Part shown: positions 1-11,826 of the stretch, piece after piece | How positions within the stretch are numbered: the stretch's first letter is position 1 | Layout of the letters: each line of letters opens with the position of its first letter | Assembly: GCF_018350175.1 (NCBI RefSeq) | Contig: NC_058368.1 | Span: 20,152,001 to 20,216,000, forward strand | Direction of reading: 5' to 3' | Length of the DNA: 64,000 bases | DNA from: Felis catus | Lineage: Eukaryota | The notes under the pieces: model-generated | Seen by the model: only the letters and a program-made list of their open reading frames with translations | Told to the model about the DNA's origin: nothing | The model's database searches: none | Made by a program: the position numbers and the translations under genes

Positions 1-30
1 GGAAACACAGGGAGAACAAGACAGTGCTGA
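1..30 (-). promoter_or_regulatory. Possible polypyrimidine tract of the next SERPINE3 splice acceptor, just outside the window
   Basis: Minus strand reads tcagcactgtcttgttctccctgtgtttcc up to base 1. The AG itself is not visible. Confidence 0.35.
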
Positions 31-1418
31 TGTGTCCCACTGCAGATGTGGATAGGTCTTCCTGTTGATTAAACCGGAAAGAGGCCTCAAGACCCTGGCG
101 TTGCTTTGGATCCTGCTTTTAATACATTTTACTGGTCTGTATTGACTTTTGAAAGGAAGGCTGGACCTAGGCAGGTAGCGGGCACTGCTGGGTTGTTTTA
201 AACAGTGCACGTGATTCTCTGAGCTATGTTGGGTCAAACCAGACTACGGGGGTACTCTCTTAACTGGAACTCTGGAAGTTGCACATCCCTGTTCATAATA
301 ATGAGCCACGGTTCTATAAGATAACAAAGCAGTTTATGAGTAAGAAAAATGGTGGGATCATGTTCCACAGAGTTTGACTGCTAAGCAGTCCTCACATTTG
401 GTAATTCTCGAATGGGGTCTATGGAAACCCTGTTAATCATCATATTCGGTTAGCCAGGGACCCTGACTATACCTGACAACAAAGAATCAACTGGAATCAG
501 TTCCCTTTCTCTGGAGGATAGCCACACTTGCATTTCTCACTTTCCTGCCAGTTGTGACTTTTGTGAGTCTCTCTTTTAAGGCAGAAACGCCTGTCTTTCT
601 ATCACACGCCTATTTGTTCTTCGTGACCCGGCTCAGATGGCATGTCTTCCGGGGCGTCTTTCTGTTCAGCCAGTGGAATAAATCATTCCCTGCCCTGTGC
701 TAATTTATGTCACATAAATACACTTGCTGCCCTGCACGAGAGTGTCTTTCTGTGTGCATTGTTCCTGTGACACTGACCTGCTCGCGTTCAGAGCTTTCCT
801 TATCTGTCTGGATGCTGAGTTCTTGAACCGCATCATTCAAGAACTGAGTTTTTGAATCGGCACTGCAGCCGATCTCATGTGGCTGAAGAAGACCAGGGAT
901 ATATGCATTTCTGTGATATTCTTGCTGAGGAAAATCAAGCCGGCCAGCAGGGTCACGAGAGTTGTTTGGGCAGGGGACAGGATGTGGATGGGGCGTGGGG
1001 AACGGGATGCATGACTGGTGCCTTGTGACCTGGGGTCTTCAGCATTAACCTTTACCTGCCACCCCGAGCTTCTAGCTCAAAGGAAGCTCTCACCAGCACT
1101 GTGTTGGTATTCGTTCTTGGATTTCCTAAAACATATTGATTTATACAAGGCTAATGCCCATCCTTTTTTATTGGTATCTTATTCTAAGACAGAGAAGGAA
1201 AAGCGATGTGCGTGAGTGTGTGTGTTCGCATGGAGTTGGTAGGTTGGTTCCGAGGCCAGGTTTTGAGCCGGAGGCCCTGAGTGCAAGCTATGTTGACCTC
1301 AACCTGGTTGACCTCAACCTGAGCTTGAGTCCCAAATCTGCAACTTACTAGCTATGTGACCTTGGGCAAGTCGTGTAAACTCTCTGTGCCTATTGGCTCA
1401 TCTATAAAATAGGGATGA

Positions 1419-1620
1419 GAGAGCCTGGGTGGTTCAGTTGGTTAAGCATCTGACTCTTGGTTTCAGCTCAGGTCATGATTTCACAGTTTGTGGGTTTGAG
1501 CCCCGTGTCGGGCTCCTCGCTGACAGTGTGGAGCCTGCTTGAGATTCTCTCTCCCTCTCTCTCTGCCCCTCCCCTGCTTGCTCTCTATGTCTCTCTGTCA
1601 AAATAAATAAACTTAAAAAA
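1419..1620 (+). mobile_element. Can-SINE (SINEC) inserted in a MIR
   Basis: tRNA-like head, (CT)n and A tail. TSD ATAAAATAGGGATGA at 1404-1418 and 1621-1635. Left flank is a MIR core (gctatgtgaccttgggcaagt). Confidence 0.9.
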
Positions 1621-1823
1621 ATAAAATAGGGATGATGATATAATTCCATCACATATCCAGGGCTAGCAATTGCATGTGGTTTCTCTGAACATCAGAAGAC
1701 ATAATGGCAATTTTGTTGTCATAACAATTAAATTACTACTTGGAAGGTGCTTCGGACATTTCCTGGCACCTGGTAGGCACTGCAGAAGGGCTTGTGACAT
1801 GAAATTGGAAAAACTGCCACGGA

Positions 1824-2026
1824 GGGGCCCCTGGATGGCTCAGTCGGTTAAACATCGAACTGTGGTTCAGATCATGATCTTACGCTCCATGAGTTCGAGC
1901 CCTGTGTTGGGCTCAGAGCCTGGAGCCTGCTTCGGATTCTATGTCTCCCTCTCTCTGCCCCTCCCGCCACTTGCGCTCTGTCTGTCTCTCTCTCAAAAAT
2001 AAATAAAAACATTAAAAAATATATAA
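1824..2026 (+). mobile_element. Can-SINE (SINEC_Fc-like)
   Basis: ggggcccctggatggctcagtcggtta head, ctcagagcctggagcctgc, (CT)n, aataaa tail. Confidence 0.9.
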
Positions 2027-2152
2027 GAAAAATTGGCATGGAACCTAAGGTTAGAAGAGAAACTCAAAGATCATCATGGGGACTACAGTGCAAAGTCCGA
2101 ATTCCGTCTGCTGCATTCTTTCCAGGCGGTCACCCTTCTCCACTGGTGGTCA

Positions 2153-2587
<435 letters not shown>

Positions 2588-3057
2588 TCAGGACTGGCGA
2601 TGGCCGAGGGAGGTGTGCCCGCAGCACCCCCTCCCTCCCTGCCTACCAGCCCGGGGCCCACCCGCCCCCCACTCCTCTACTGCATCCTGTTGTGTCCGCA
2701 TTAGAAATATGGGCCGGGAGGCTACACTGTGAGCTGAGGCTTTGTCGTCACTTACTAAATATATGACCTTGGGCAAGGTCCTGGTCTGGTCAGAAGCAAA
2801 CCATTGAGTTGGAGAAGACATGTAAGAAGTACACTTGACTCATATTTCGTGGCATTTAGCCAGCTTGTAGCTGTGCCATATCTATTATGTATAATGATCA
2901 TCAACAAAAATAAAAAAATATACAGTATGTTACAAAGGACTTTGTGTTTTCTCAGTTAATCATGACAACAGTTTTCCAAGGTGGCTGTCACTGTCTTTCA
3001 AATACAGAGAGGATGAGGTTTAGGGCACTCAGGGAACCATTGAAGAAAACACCTGGG

Positions 3058-3304
3058 CAAGTGTCCATCAATTGATGAATGGATAAAGAAGATGTGGCAG
3101 ATACAAACACACACACACGTACACATAAATACCACACAATGGAATGTGATTCAGCCATCAAAAAGAATGCCATCTTGCCATTTGCAATGACGTGGATGGA
3201 GCTAGAAAGTATTATGCTATGTGAAATAAGCCAGAGAAAGACAAATACCATATGATTTCACTCCTTTGTGGAATTTATGAAACAAACAAACAAACAAACA
3301 AAGG

Positions 3305-3339
<35 letters not shown>

Positions 3340-3490
3340 AAACCAAGAAACAGCATCTTAACTATAGAGAACTGAGAGTTACCAGAGGGGAGATGGGTGG
3401 GGGCATGGGTTAAATTGGAGATGGGGATTAAGGAGTGCACTTGTGATGGAGTTGTTGATTCACTATATTAAAAAAAAAAAAGAAAAGGAA
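3058..3490 (+). mobile_element. 5'-truncated L1 3' end (carnivore-type)
   Basis: ORF2 C-terminal remnant, 3' UTR and poly(A). TSD AAGAAAACAC(C/G)TGGG at 3043-3057 and 3491-3505. Confidence 0.9.
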
Positions 3491-4220
3491 AAGAAAACAC
3501 GTGGGGAAAGCACATGACTCAAGCCCTGGTCTTCCAATGAGTGGTATATAAAACACTAAGGCTAGAAATGCACATGAAGATATTGATACACGAGGTAATT
3601 ATACCTATAATATCACATGCTTGTGATGTGAACTATTCTCATAAAATAAGAGCACTTTCATGGAGAGCGGAGTTATACCAATATCACTCCTACCAAGGAA
3701 AGGCACCTCTCCAAGGAGCAGAGCATTAGCTGGAAATTAATGCAAAGAAGAGAAAGTTCAAGGTGTTTTCAATGACTATGCCACACGTACAGCCTGCAGC
3801 AGGTTTTGCTAAGTTGTCTAACTTTGGTATCAGACAGGATTGGTGCAAGAGAAGCCTCGTCCGGAGTCACTTCCTATACGTTTGCAAATAAGGCCATTGG
3901 GCTCAATGGTGTTTACTTCATATAAAGGTTCAAGGTGGAAAAACATCCTGTCTTCACTAACTTTTCCTGCAGCCAAGCCCACATATAGTGTTTGGATGGC
4001 TTAGTACCATAGGGGTGGGATGTGTGTGTGGGGGGTGTCTTTCTGTGTATGTGTTGGGAGGTGGCAGGTCCCAGCCCAGGGTCATTTGTGAAATGACCCA
4101 GTGCCAGTGTTCTTGCAGCTCCTATAACCTCCCACAAGGACACTCTGCAGTCAACCCCTTGTGCTCCTGGGCTCCCCATGACCACATCCCTGCCCGCCAT
4201 GGTTCACCATGCTTACTCAC

Positions 4221-4305
4221 GGACTCTTGCATCAGACTGTTGTGTCTCCTTGCTTGATCCTGTTCTTGTGGGTCTCCAGCATTAACGTGCTCCCCTTTTT
4301 AAAAA
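4221..4305 (-). promoter_or_regulatory. Candidate SERPINE3 core promoter and ~50-nt non-coding first exon
   Basis: The coding exon has a splice acceptor, so an upstream exon is implied. TATA-like TTTTTAAAAAGG (palindromic core 4296-4305) lies in non-repeat DNA, followed ~75 nt later on the minus strand by donor GTGAGT (4220-4215). CACGTG E-box at 4687-4692. Confidence 0.4.
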
Positions 4306-5854
4306 GTGGAGCAGAGTCTGCTTTGAATCACAAGACAGCGCAGGGAGGAAGCTGGCAACTGCCGTCTCTGCCGGCGATGTCTCTACCACTCGGTCCAAAT
4401 TCCTGGAGCCTGAGGTCCTGCAGAGAGCCAGGAGAAGCACTGCCCCGGCCAGCAAAGCCCAGATCGGAAACAGAGCAGGCCCTGGGGAGGGAGCCAGCCA
4501 CACCCGTCAAGCCTTCTTAGGCTTGTGACCTGGTTGTACCAGCAAGGAACCCCTCATCTAGCCCTTTGTCACTTTGAGGAATTCCACTGATAACTCTGCC
4601 GTCCCAGGGTTTGCTGGGTGCCAGGTACCTAATGCTTCTCCCCTCCTCCTGTGGAGAAAACAATAAATCAGTCATTGGGCACTGGACACGTGTAGCAAAT
4701 GAAATTCTGCAGAAGAGAAAAGAAACGATGCAAGATATGGCCTAATAAAATTGAAACTTGTCTTATTTATTGTTAATCAAAGTGCATGCACTCGTTTATG
4801 CGTAATACGGGCACTGTTAACAGTCTTGCTCTTCTTACATACAATACTTAATAAATCCGGCGACTTAATTTGAGAAAGAGACTATGTTGTCCATGAGCAA
4901 GTGCACGTTTGCAGCAAGTATAAGCAGATTCTGTCAAAAGTCTGTCCTTGTGACCAATTCAGAATTCCATACATTTCTATTAAGGTCTTAGGCATTGTAT
5001 TAAGTTCAAAATAGAGGATAGGCTATAGGTTGCTACAAGTTAAAGAAAAGAAAGTGACATTTCGAAATGAATGCAATTCTTAGTAATTATCTCTTAGGCA
5101 TGTGTTAGTGTTAATGTTTGAAATGGAATGAGGCTTGTTAAATTTTTTTTTTTTTTTGGTCTGACCTCTACTCATACCGCCATTATCAGTGGGCAATTTG
5201 CTTTAAAGCAGGGTTTATTTCTGACCCTGGGGCCTGGGATAGTTTTTCGGTGTTAGAATAGTTACAGTTCTGTAATTGTTTTACTTCACATCTCCCCAGA
5301 TCCTTAATTTAGATAAAGTGCATTGTTGCATGTTTTGGATTCTAAGCCATAGCACGATAATGGAATAAGTATATATATCTCATTCTATAGCACCCAGAGA
5401 GGGCGTTCCTTCCTTTCTTCCTTCCATCCGTCCATCCATCCATCCACCCATCCAACAAATAACCTCTCCCTTGCCTGCTAGGTTCCAAGGCCCTGTGCTA
5501 GGTCCTGTGGTTGAAGAACAGAACCAGCAACCTGGGCTCAGCTCTCACGAGACCCAGAGGCTTGTCCCACTGAGTGCAGGCTTTTGATGTTGACGCTGAC
5601 AGTGTTCAGAAGAAAGCTGATCATAAGGACAATGGTGGTAACCTAACAAGGGCTGTCTCCCAACGCTGTGAGTTCCCCAGGGCTGTTATCTGAGCATAAG
5701 CTGATTCACTCTTTGCCAGTGGTGGGGTTAGGGGGATGCTTATAAAAAGATTTCCCAAATTGGAAAAAGGTCGGGCTACATGACTTCTATCAACACTGCC
5801 CTCCTAAGTCTAAGAATATATTATTCTAAATTGCTTTTTAAAAACGCTTTCAAG

Positions 5855-6072
5855 AGGGGCCTGTTGGCTTAGTCGGTTGAGCATTCAACTTCAGCTCAGG
5901 TCATGATCTTGCGGTCTGTGGGTTCAAGCCCCGCATCAGGCTCTGTGCTGACAGCTCAGAGCCCGGAGCCTGCTTCCGATTCTGTTTTCTGCCTCTCTCT
6001 CTGCCTCTCCTCTTCTCTCTCTCTCTCTCTCTCTCTCAAAACTAAACATTAAAAAAACAAAAATAATAAAAA
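5855..6072 (+). mobile_element. Can-SINE (SINEC_Fc-like)
   Basis: Typical body. TSD TAAAAACGCT(T/C)TCAAG at 5839-5854 and 6073-6088. Confidence 0.9.
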
Positions 6073-7326
6073 TAAAAACGCTCTCAAGGAAAAATGCTAG
6101 GGTAATTCAGCACACAAGAAATATTTCCCGTATGGGTTAAACATTTCAACACGAACGAAAGATGAACCGCAACCGATTTTTCTTTTGTGTACTCAGCCGC
6201 GACCCTGGGTAAGCCACTGTGTTTCCTGCCCATTTCTGTGGTAATCACGCTCGTTTCTACCTTGTAGGGACGTTGGTGTTACTGCCAAGGAGGCCTCCGT
6301 CCTTGGAGATATCTATACACTATTATAACAACAAAAATAGTGGACACTGTTGAGATCGCATTCCAGATACTCTGTTATATACTTTGCATTTACAGTTACA
6401 CTGAGTCCTCACAGCGATCCTACGAGGAATGTATTGTTAGCCCCATTTGGCAGATAACAACAGTAAGGCTGAAAGAGCTTAAGGTGGTTGCCCAAGATCC
6501 CACAGTTAGACGCCAAGCTGGGTTTGAAGCAGGAACACTTGACTCCAAGGCTCACGCTCTTTGCCACCGTCTTGGTGTCTGTCAGGAACCCCGGGATGCT
6601 TGAAATCCCCCTTGGCTGTGGGGTTCGAGGACATTTAGTGCCCAGCCCAGACTGTTGGCTCATCACGTGTGCGCAGTCCTCCCACATTCACCAGGAATGC
6701 TATGGTGAATCACATGTAGAGAGACTGCTGTGACGTGCAGTGCCTTTAATTATCATTTTTAATTTTTCCCAGCCTGACTTCTTACCGGTATAAACAAATC
6801 GCCTTCGAACCCAGAGGTCTACTGACTACGTGATGGAGAGAAACGGCGCATTTGAGTTCTGTTAGTACGTAATTAGTAGAAGGACATCTCCTCTTTGTGG
6901 TGTGGGCTGCTTGTCTGGGGTTGTACAGGGACAGTCCCCATTTTTTCTCTGCCCTTGAGAAGTTTGCCGTGGAAAGACGGCACTGTGACCAAATTGTTGT
7001 GGGGGCACAACAGAGGAGTCCCGGGCACTGCTAGAGTAAGCCAGGGAGCGACACGAGGGAACCCAGCACACGGGGCCACAGATGGGGACAAAACCAGCAA
7101 GTCCTTCCAGGGAAACAGGGCAGGTGGCCCCGCCTGTCCCTCCAGGAAAGAGACAGAGTGGGTTTCCCTCTGTCACAGGTGATGCCTGACACCCAGCCTT
7201 CCAGTTCTTCACAGGTACCCAGTGCACGGACTCAAAATGAACCACTGCACCTTCTCAGCTTCTAACGCCTTTCAGTATGGTGTGGTGTGGACAGCACAAA
7301 GGCCTGGCTGCAAGTCAGTGCTTCCT

Positions 7327-7431
7327 GGGGTGCCTGGCTGGCTCAGTAGGTATAGCCTGTGACTCTTGACCTCGAAGTTGTAAGTTCAAGCACTGCACTG
7401 GGTGTGGAGCCTACTTAAAAAAAAAAAAAAA
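7327..7431 (+). mobile_element. Short tRNA-derived Can-SINE (head plus poly(A))
   Basis: A box tggctcagtagg, B-box-like gttcaagc, A16 tail. Confidence 0.8.
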
Positions 7432-7949
7432 GGAATTGCTTCCGTACTAACTATATACCTTCAGCACATAACTGAATTCCTCTGAGCTTTAGTTATTGAT
7501 TCTGCAAAATGGCATCATAATACCCACCTCTCACTCTGCACATTAAATGAGACAGCTTCTGTAAAGCCCCCCGCATGGTCCCTGATACGCAAAAAAAAAA
7601 AAAAAATCAGGTTCTTTGGATAATGCACCCAACTCTAGTCTCATCTAAAGAAAGGACCACTGAGGTCACATTCATGCTGGCACAGAAAGGGGCTTTGAGA
7701 ATCACCATGTAATTGACTAGGATGTGAATCGATGACAAAGAATCTTTTTGGATGGTTTGTAGGATAAAGGTTGGAAACTTTAACAAGGAACAATGGATGT
7801 AAATTCTGAGCTCATTTCTATCTAACCTGTAAGAAGTAAGTCATTCAGTGTTGTGACCTCAGAGGTGGAGGGTGGAGCTGATCCTTCTCTTTATCTCATG
7901 CCCTATCATCACACTGGTGCATGCAAGGTTTCCCTTTTGTTATTTTGTT

Positions 7950-8168
7950 TCCTTTCAGAATGTGCTCATGAGAGAGAGCGAACGTGTGTGTTCACTTGTG
8001 CAGATGTGGGGAAAGGGCAGAGAGAGAGAGGGAGAGAGAATCCCAAGCAGGCTCTGTGCTGTTAGCACAGAGGCTGGGTATGGGGCTCCATCCCATGATC
8101 AAGAGATCATGACCTGAACTGAAATCAAGAGTCCAACCCTTAACTGAAGGAACCACTCAGGCATCCCA
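7950..8168 (-). mobile_element. Can-SINE
   Basis: Reverse-strand SINEC motifs (gagaatcccaagcaggctc, gagatcatgacctga). Confidence 0.8.
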
Positions 8169-8169
8169 A

Positions 8170-8477
8170 AAGACTATTTTTAAAAGAAGGTTTAGGTTTC
8201 CAGAAAAATTGAGTGGAAAGTACAGGGTTCCCATCAAGCCCTTCATCAAACAATCTCTCTCACTCCACACCACCCTCCTGTCTTCTGCCCCCTGCCCCAG
8301 TTCTCTACTTACTAATTTGCTGCATAGGTGTGATACATTTGTTACAATTGATACACTGTTATTAACTAAAGTCCATGATTTACTTCAAGGTTCCCCTTGG
8401 TGTTGTGTAGTTCTATGACTTTTGTCAAATGTATTATGTTGTGTGTCCATCAATGTAGTAACATGCAGAATAGCTTC

Positions 8478-8525
<48 letters not shown>

Positions 8526-10350
8526 TCAAGTAAACTCTACGCCTAGTGTGGGGCTCCAGTTCACAACCCCGAGATCAAGAGTTGCATGCTTTACTGACTG
8601 AGCCAGCCAGGCGCCCCCAGAACAGTTTCATTGCCCTGGGAGTCCTCTGCGCTCTGCCTACTTGTTCCTTCCCATCTCCCACCTCCAACCCCTAAGAGCC
8701 ACTGATCTTTTTACTGTCTCTATTGTTTTGCCTTTTCCAGAATGTCATGGAGGTGGAATCATATAGTACATGCCCTTTCAGACTGAATTTTTTCACTTAG
8801 CAATATGCATTTAAGATTCCTCCATGTCCTTATCGGATTAAGGGTTAGTATCCAAAAGATACTTACTTAAGGTTAGTATCTATAAAGAATACCAAACTCA
8901 ACAACTGAAAAACAAATTATCCAGTGAAGAAATGGGCAGAAGACATGAATAGACACTTTTCCAAAGAAGACATCCAGATGGCCAACAGCATATGAAAAGA
9001 TGCTCAACATCACTCATCAGGGAAATACAAATCAAAACTACATTGAGATACCAGGGAGCAACACGAGGGCACCCAGCACACGGGGCCACTGTGCCCAAAA
9101 TTAACAACTCAGGAAACAATAGATGTTGGCCAGGATGTGGGGAAATGGGAACCCTCTTGCACTGTTGGTGGGAATGCAAAATGGTGCGGCCACTCTGGAA
9201 AACAGTGTGGAGGTTCCTCAAAAAATTAAAAATAGAACTACCTTGCGACCCAGCAATAGCACTACTAGGAATTTACCCAAGGGATACAAGAGTGCTGATT
9301 CATAGGGGCACTTGTACCCCAATGTTTATAGCAGTGCTTTCAACAATAGCCAGATCATGGAAAGAGCCCAAATGTCCATCAACTGATGAATGGATAAAGA
9401 AACTGTGGTTTATATATACGATGGAATACTACTTGGCAATGAGAAAGAATGAAATCCTGCCATTTGTAGCAACGTGGATGGAACTGGACGGTATTATGCT
9501 GAGTGAAATAACTCAGTCAGAGAAAAACAGATATCATATGTTTTTACTCATATGTGGAACTTGAGAAACTTAACAGAAGACTGTGGGGGAGGGGAAGGGG
9601 GAAGGGAAAAAATTACAAACAGGGAGGGAGGGAGGCAAACCATAAGAGACTCTTAAATACAGAGAACAAATTGAGGGTGAATGGGGAGTTAGAGAGAGGA
9701 GAAAATGGGTGATGGGCATTGAGGAGGGCACTTGGGATGAGCACTTGGTGTTGCATGTAAGCGATGAATCATGGGAATCTACCCCCCAAACCAAGAGCAC
9801 ACTGTATACACTGTGTGTTAGCTAACCTGACAACACGTTATATTAAAAAACAAGATTTCTCTATGTCTTTTTGAGGCTTCGTAACTCTTTTCTTTTCATT
9901 GATGAATAATATCCCACTGTATGGATGTACCACAGTTTATGTATCCAGTCCCTTATGTCTTGATTGCTCCCAATTTTTGGCAGTTGTGTGAAAGTTGCTA
10001 CAAACATTTGTATGTGGGTGTTTGTGTGCACATAAGTTTCAGCTCAACTAAGTAAATGCTTGGGAGCATGAATGCTGGACTGTGTGGTAAGAGTATGTTT
10101 CGTTTCGTAAGAAACCACCAAACTGTCTTCCAAAGTGGCTGCACCATTACGGATTCTCACCAGCAGTGAATGAGAGTTCTGGCTGCTTCACATCTTTGCC
10201 AGTATTTGGCATCGTCGGTGTGTCTGTTTGTTTCCTTATTGTTAAGTGTTAAGGATTCTTTGTATATCTTGGGCACAAGTCCTTAAATCAGATACGTTTT
10301 TTCAAATATTTTCTCCCAGTTTGTGGCTTGTCCTTTCAACTCTTAATTCT
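8170..10350 (-). mobile_element. Old L1 (L1MB/L1MC-like) 3' fragment, interrupted by a short SINE with a (TTTC)n tail (~8480-8618) and a younger L1
   Basis: Typical antisense L1M 3' motifs (ttgccttttccagaatgtcat, ccaaagtggctgcaccatt) continue on both sides of the insertions. Confidence 0.75.
8832..9851 (+). mobile_element. 5'-truncated felid/carnivore L1 (ORF2 C-terminus and 3' UTR)
   Basis: ORF 8992-9564 is the L1 ORF2 C-terminus ([19 protein letters not shown]). TSD AAGATTCCTCCATGTCCTT at 8813-8831 vs AAGATTTCTCTATGTCTTT at 9852-9870 (16/19). Confidence 0.95.
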
Positions 10351-11327
10351 TTGTCTCTATGAGAAATCTGTAGAATGGAAAATGGTAAATGTGTTCAAGG
10401 GTCAAAAAGAAGTAGATGATGTGATCAATGCATGGTTGACATGGTCTCTAAGGTTGTAATAGAGGATGGATGTCCCTGAATTAGAGGCAGTATTGGGCAC
10501 ATGATAGGGGAATTCACAGTGAGGTTTGGTTTTATTGCCATGCTTTGGTTCTGATTGGAAAGGGTGACGTTTGTGGTTATAAGAAGTTTAAAGTGTAGAT
10601 ATGGTCTGAGAAGCCATGTGCTGTGTACTAGAAGTAAGAGACTAAGTGATAAGACAAAGGGATGGGAGGGGTTTGGGAACATTACCAATGCTGGGGCCAT
10701 ATTCTCAGGGCCTGTTGTGGGTTTGTTCATATTGAGGAGCTCTAATGCCCAGCCCAACAGCTCTGTAGTTCAGTTTGGTACCAGAACCAGTGTGAATAGC
10801 AATTCTGTTTCAAAAACCAGTTACAAATAAGGCTTTGGGATAAGCTAAACGCAATTATTACTTAGTTTGGAGAAAAATCCTAAAAACAGAGCAAATTAAG
10901 CAGAGAGTAGCTCAGGTCAAAAATATAAAAAAATGCATCAAACTGTGTTTGGATGTTCTGGTTCTTTATACCTTGCTTTCAGTGTTACTTTCTCATACAT
11001 TTCTGTATAATTAGAATCTCGGCAATTTCTTGTATAGATGGAATTAGAAAATAGGAAAAAAAATAGAGTTGGGATCAGTCCATGTTTTCCTCTCTCGCAC
11101 TCAGGCTATGATAACTAGACAGGTGAGGCTGTTCCCCACTGAGCCAACATGACTATTCAGGAATTGGTACGTGGAGTCAGTAGGAAAAATCAACCCAGAA
11201 GCTGTAAGTCCAGGGCATATGCCTCACCTGTTTCCCCCATGGAGCCATGGGCATCACTGACTTATTACAATAGCCTTCCATGCACTTGCCCTTGACCTAC
11301 AATGCTTCTCAGAATAGGACTTGATGA

Positions 11328-11539
11328 GGGCACCTGGGTGGCTCAGTTGGCTAAGCATCTGATTCTTGGTTTTGGTCCAGGCCATTATCTCATGGTTGTG
11401 AGATCGAGCCCCACGTCAGGCTCCACTCTGACAGTGCAGAGCCTGCTTGGGATTCTCTTTCTCCCTCTCTTTCTGCTCTTCCCCTACTTGCTCTTTCTCT
11501 CTCTCTCTCTCTCTCTCTAAATAAATAAATTTAAAAAAG
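11328..11539 (+). mobile_element. Can-SINE
   Basis: TSD AGAATA(G/A)GACTTGATG at 11311-11326 and 11540-11555. Confidence 0.9.
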
Positions 11540-11586
11540 AGAATAAGACTTGATGGACCTACTTCTAATTTATCATAGCTGGTCCA

Positions 11587-11826
11587 TGTCTTAGCATGGG
11601 CTTCTATATCAGAATACCATAGCCTGAGTGGCTTAAACTACAGACATTTATTTCCCACAGTTCTGGAGCCTAGGAAGTTCAAGATTAGGGCACCAGTGGA
11701 TCCGGTGTTGGGTGAGGCTCCACCCTTGTGACCTCATTACCTCCCAAAGGCCTCCAAATACCATCAGAGTGGGAATCTAGGCTTCAGTATATGAATGTGA
11801 GGGGGATAAACATTCAGTCCGTGGTA
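11587..11826. mobile_element. MaLR LTR (MLT1A-like), internally deleted
   Basis: tgtcttag...gacatttatttcccacagttctggag...aaacattcagtcc motifs. Confidence 0.7.

Noticed and set aside
2750..2800. Possible extra 5' UTR micro-exon (minus-strand GTAAGT at 2755-2750)
   Set aside because: Lies in a MIR-like fragment with weak exon context; unsupported without RNA data.
7327..7405. tRNA gene
   Set aside because: Degenerate tRNA-derived SINE head followed by poly(A); no intact cloverleaf evident.
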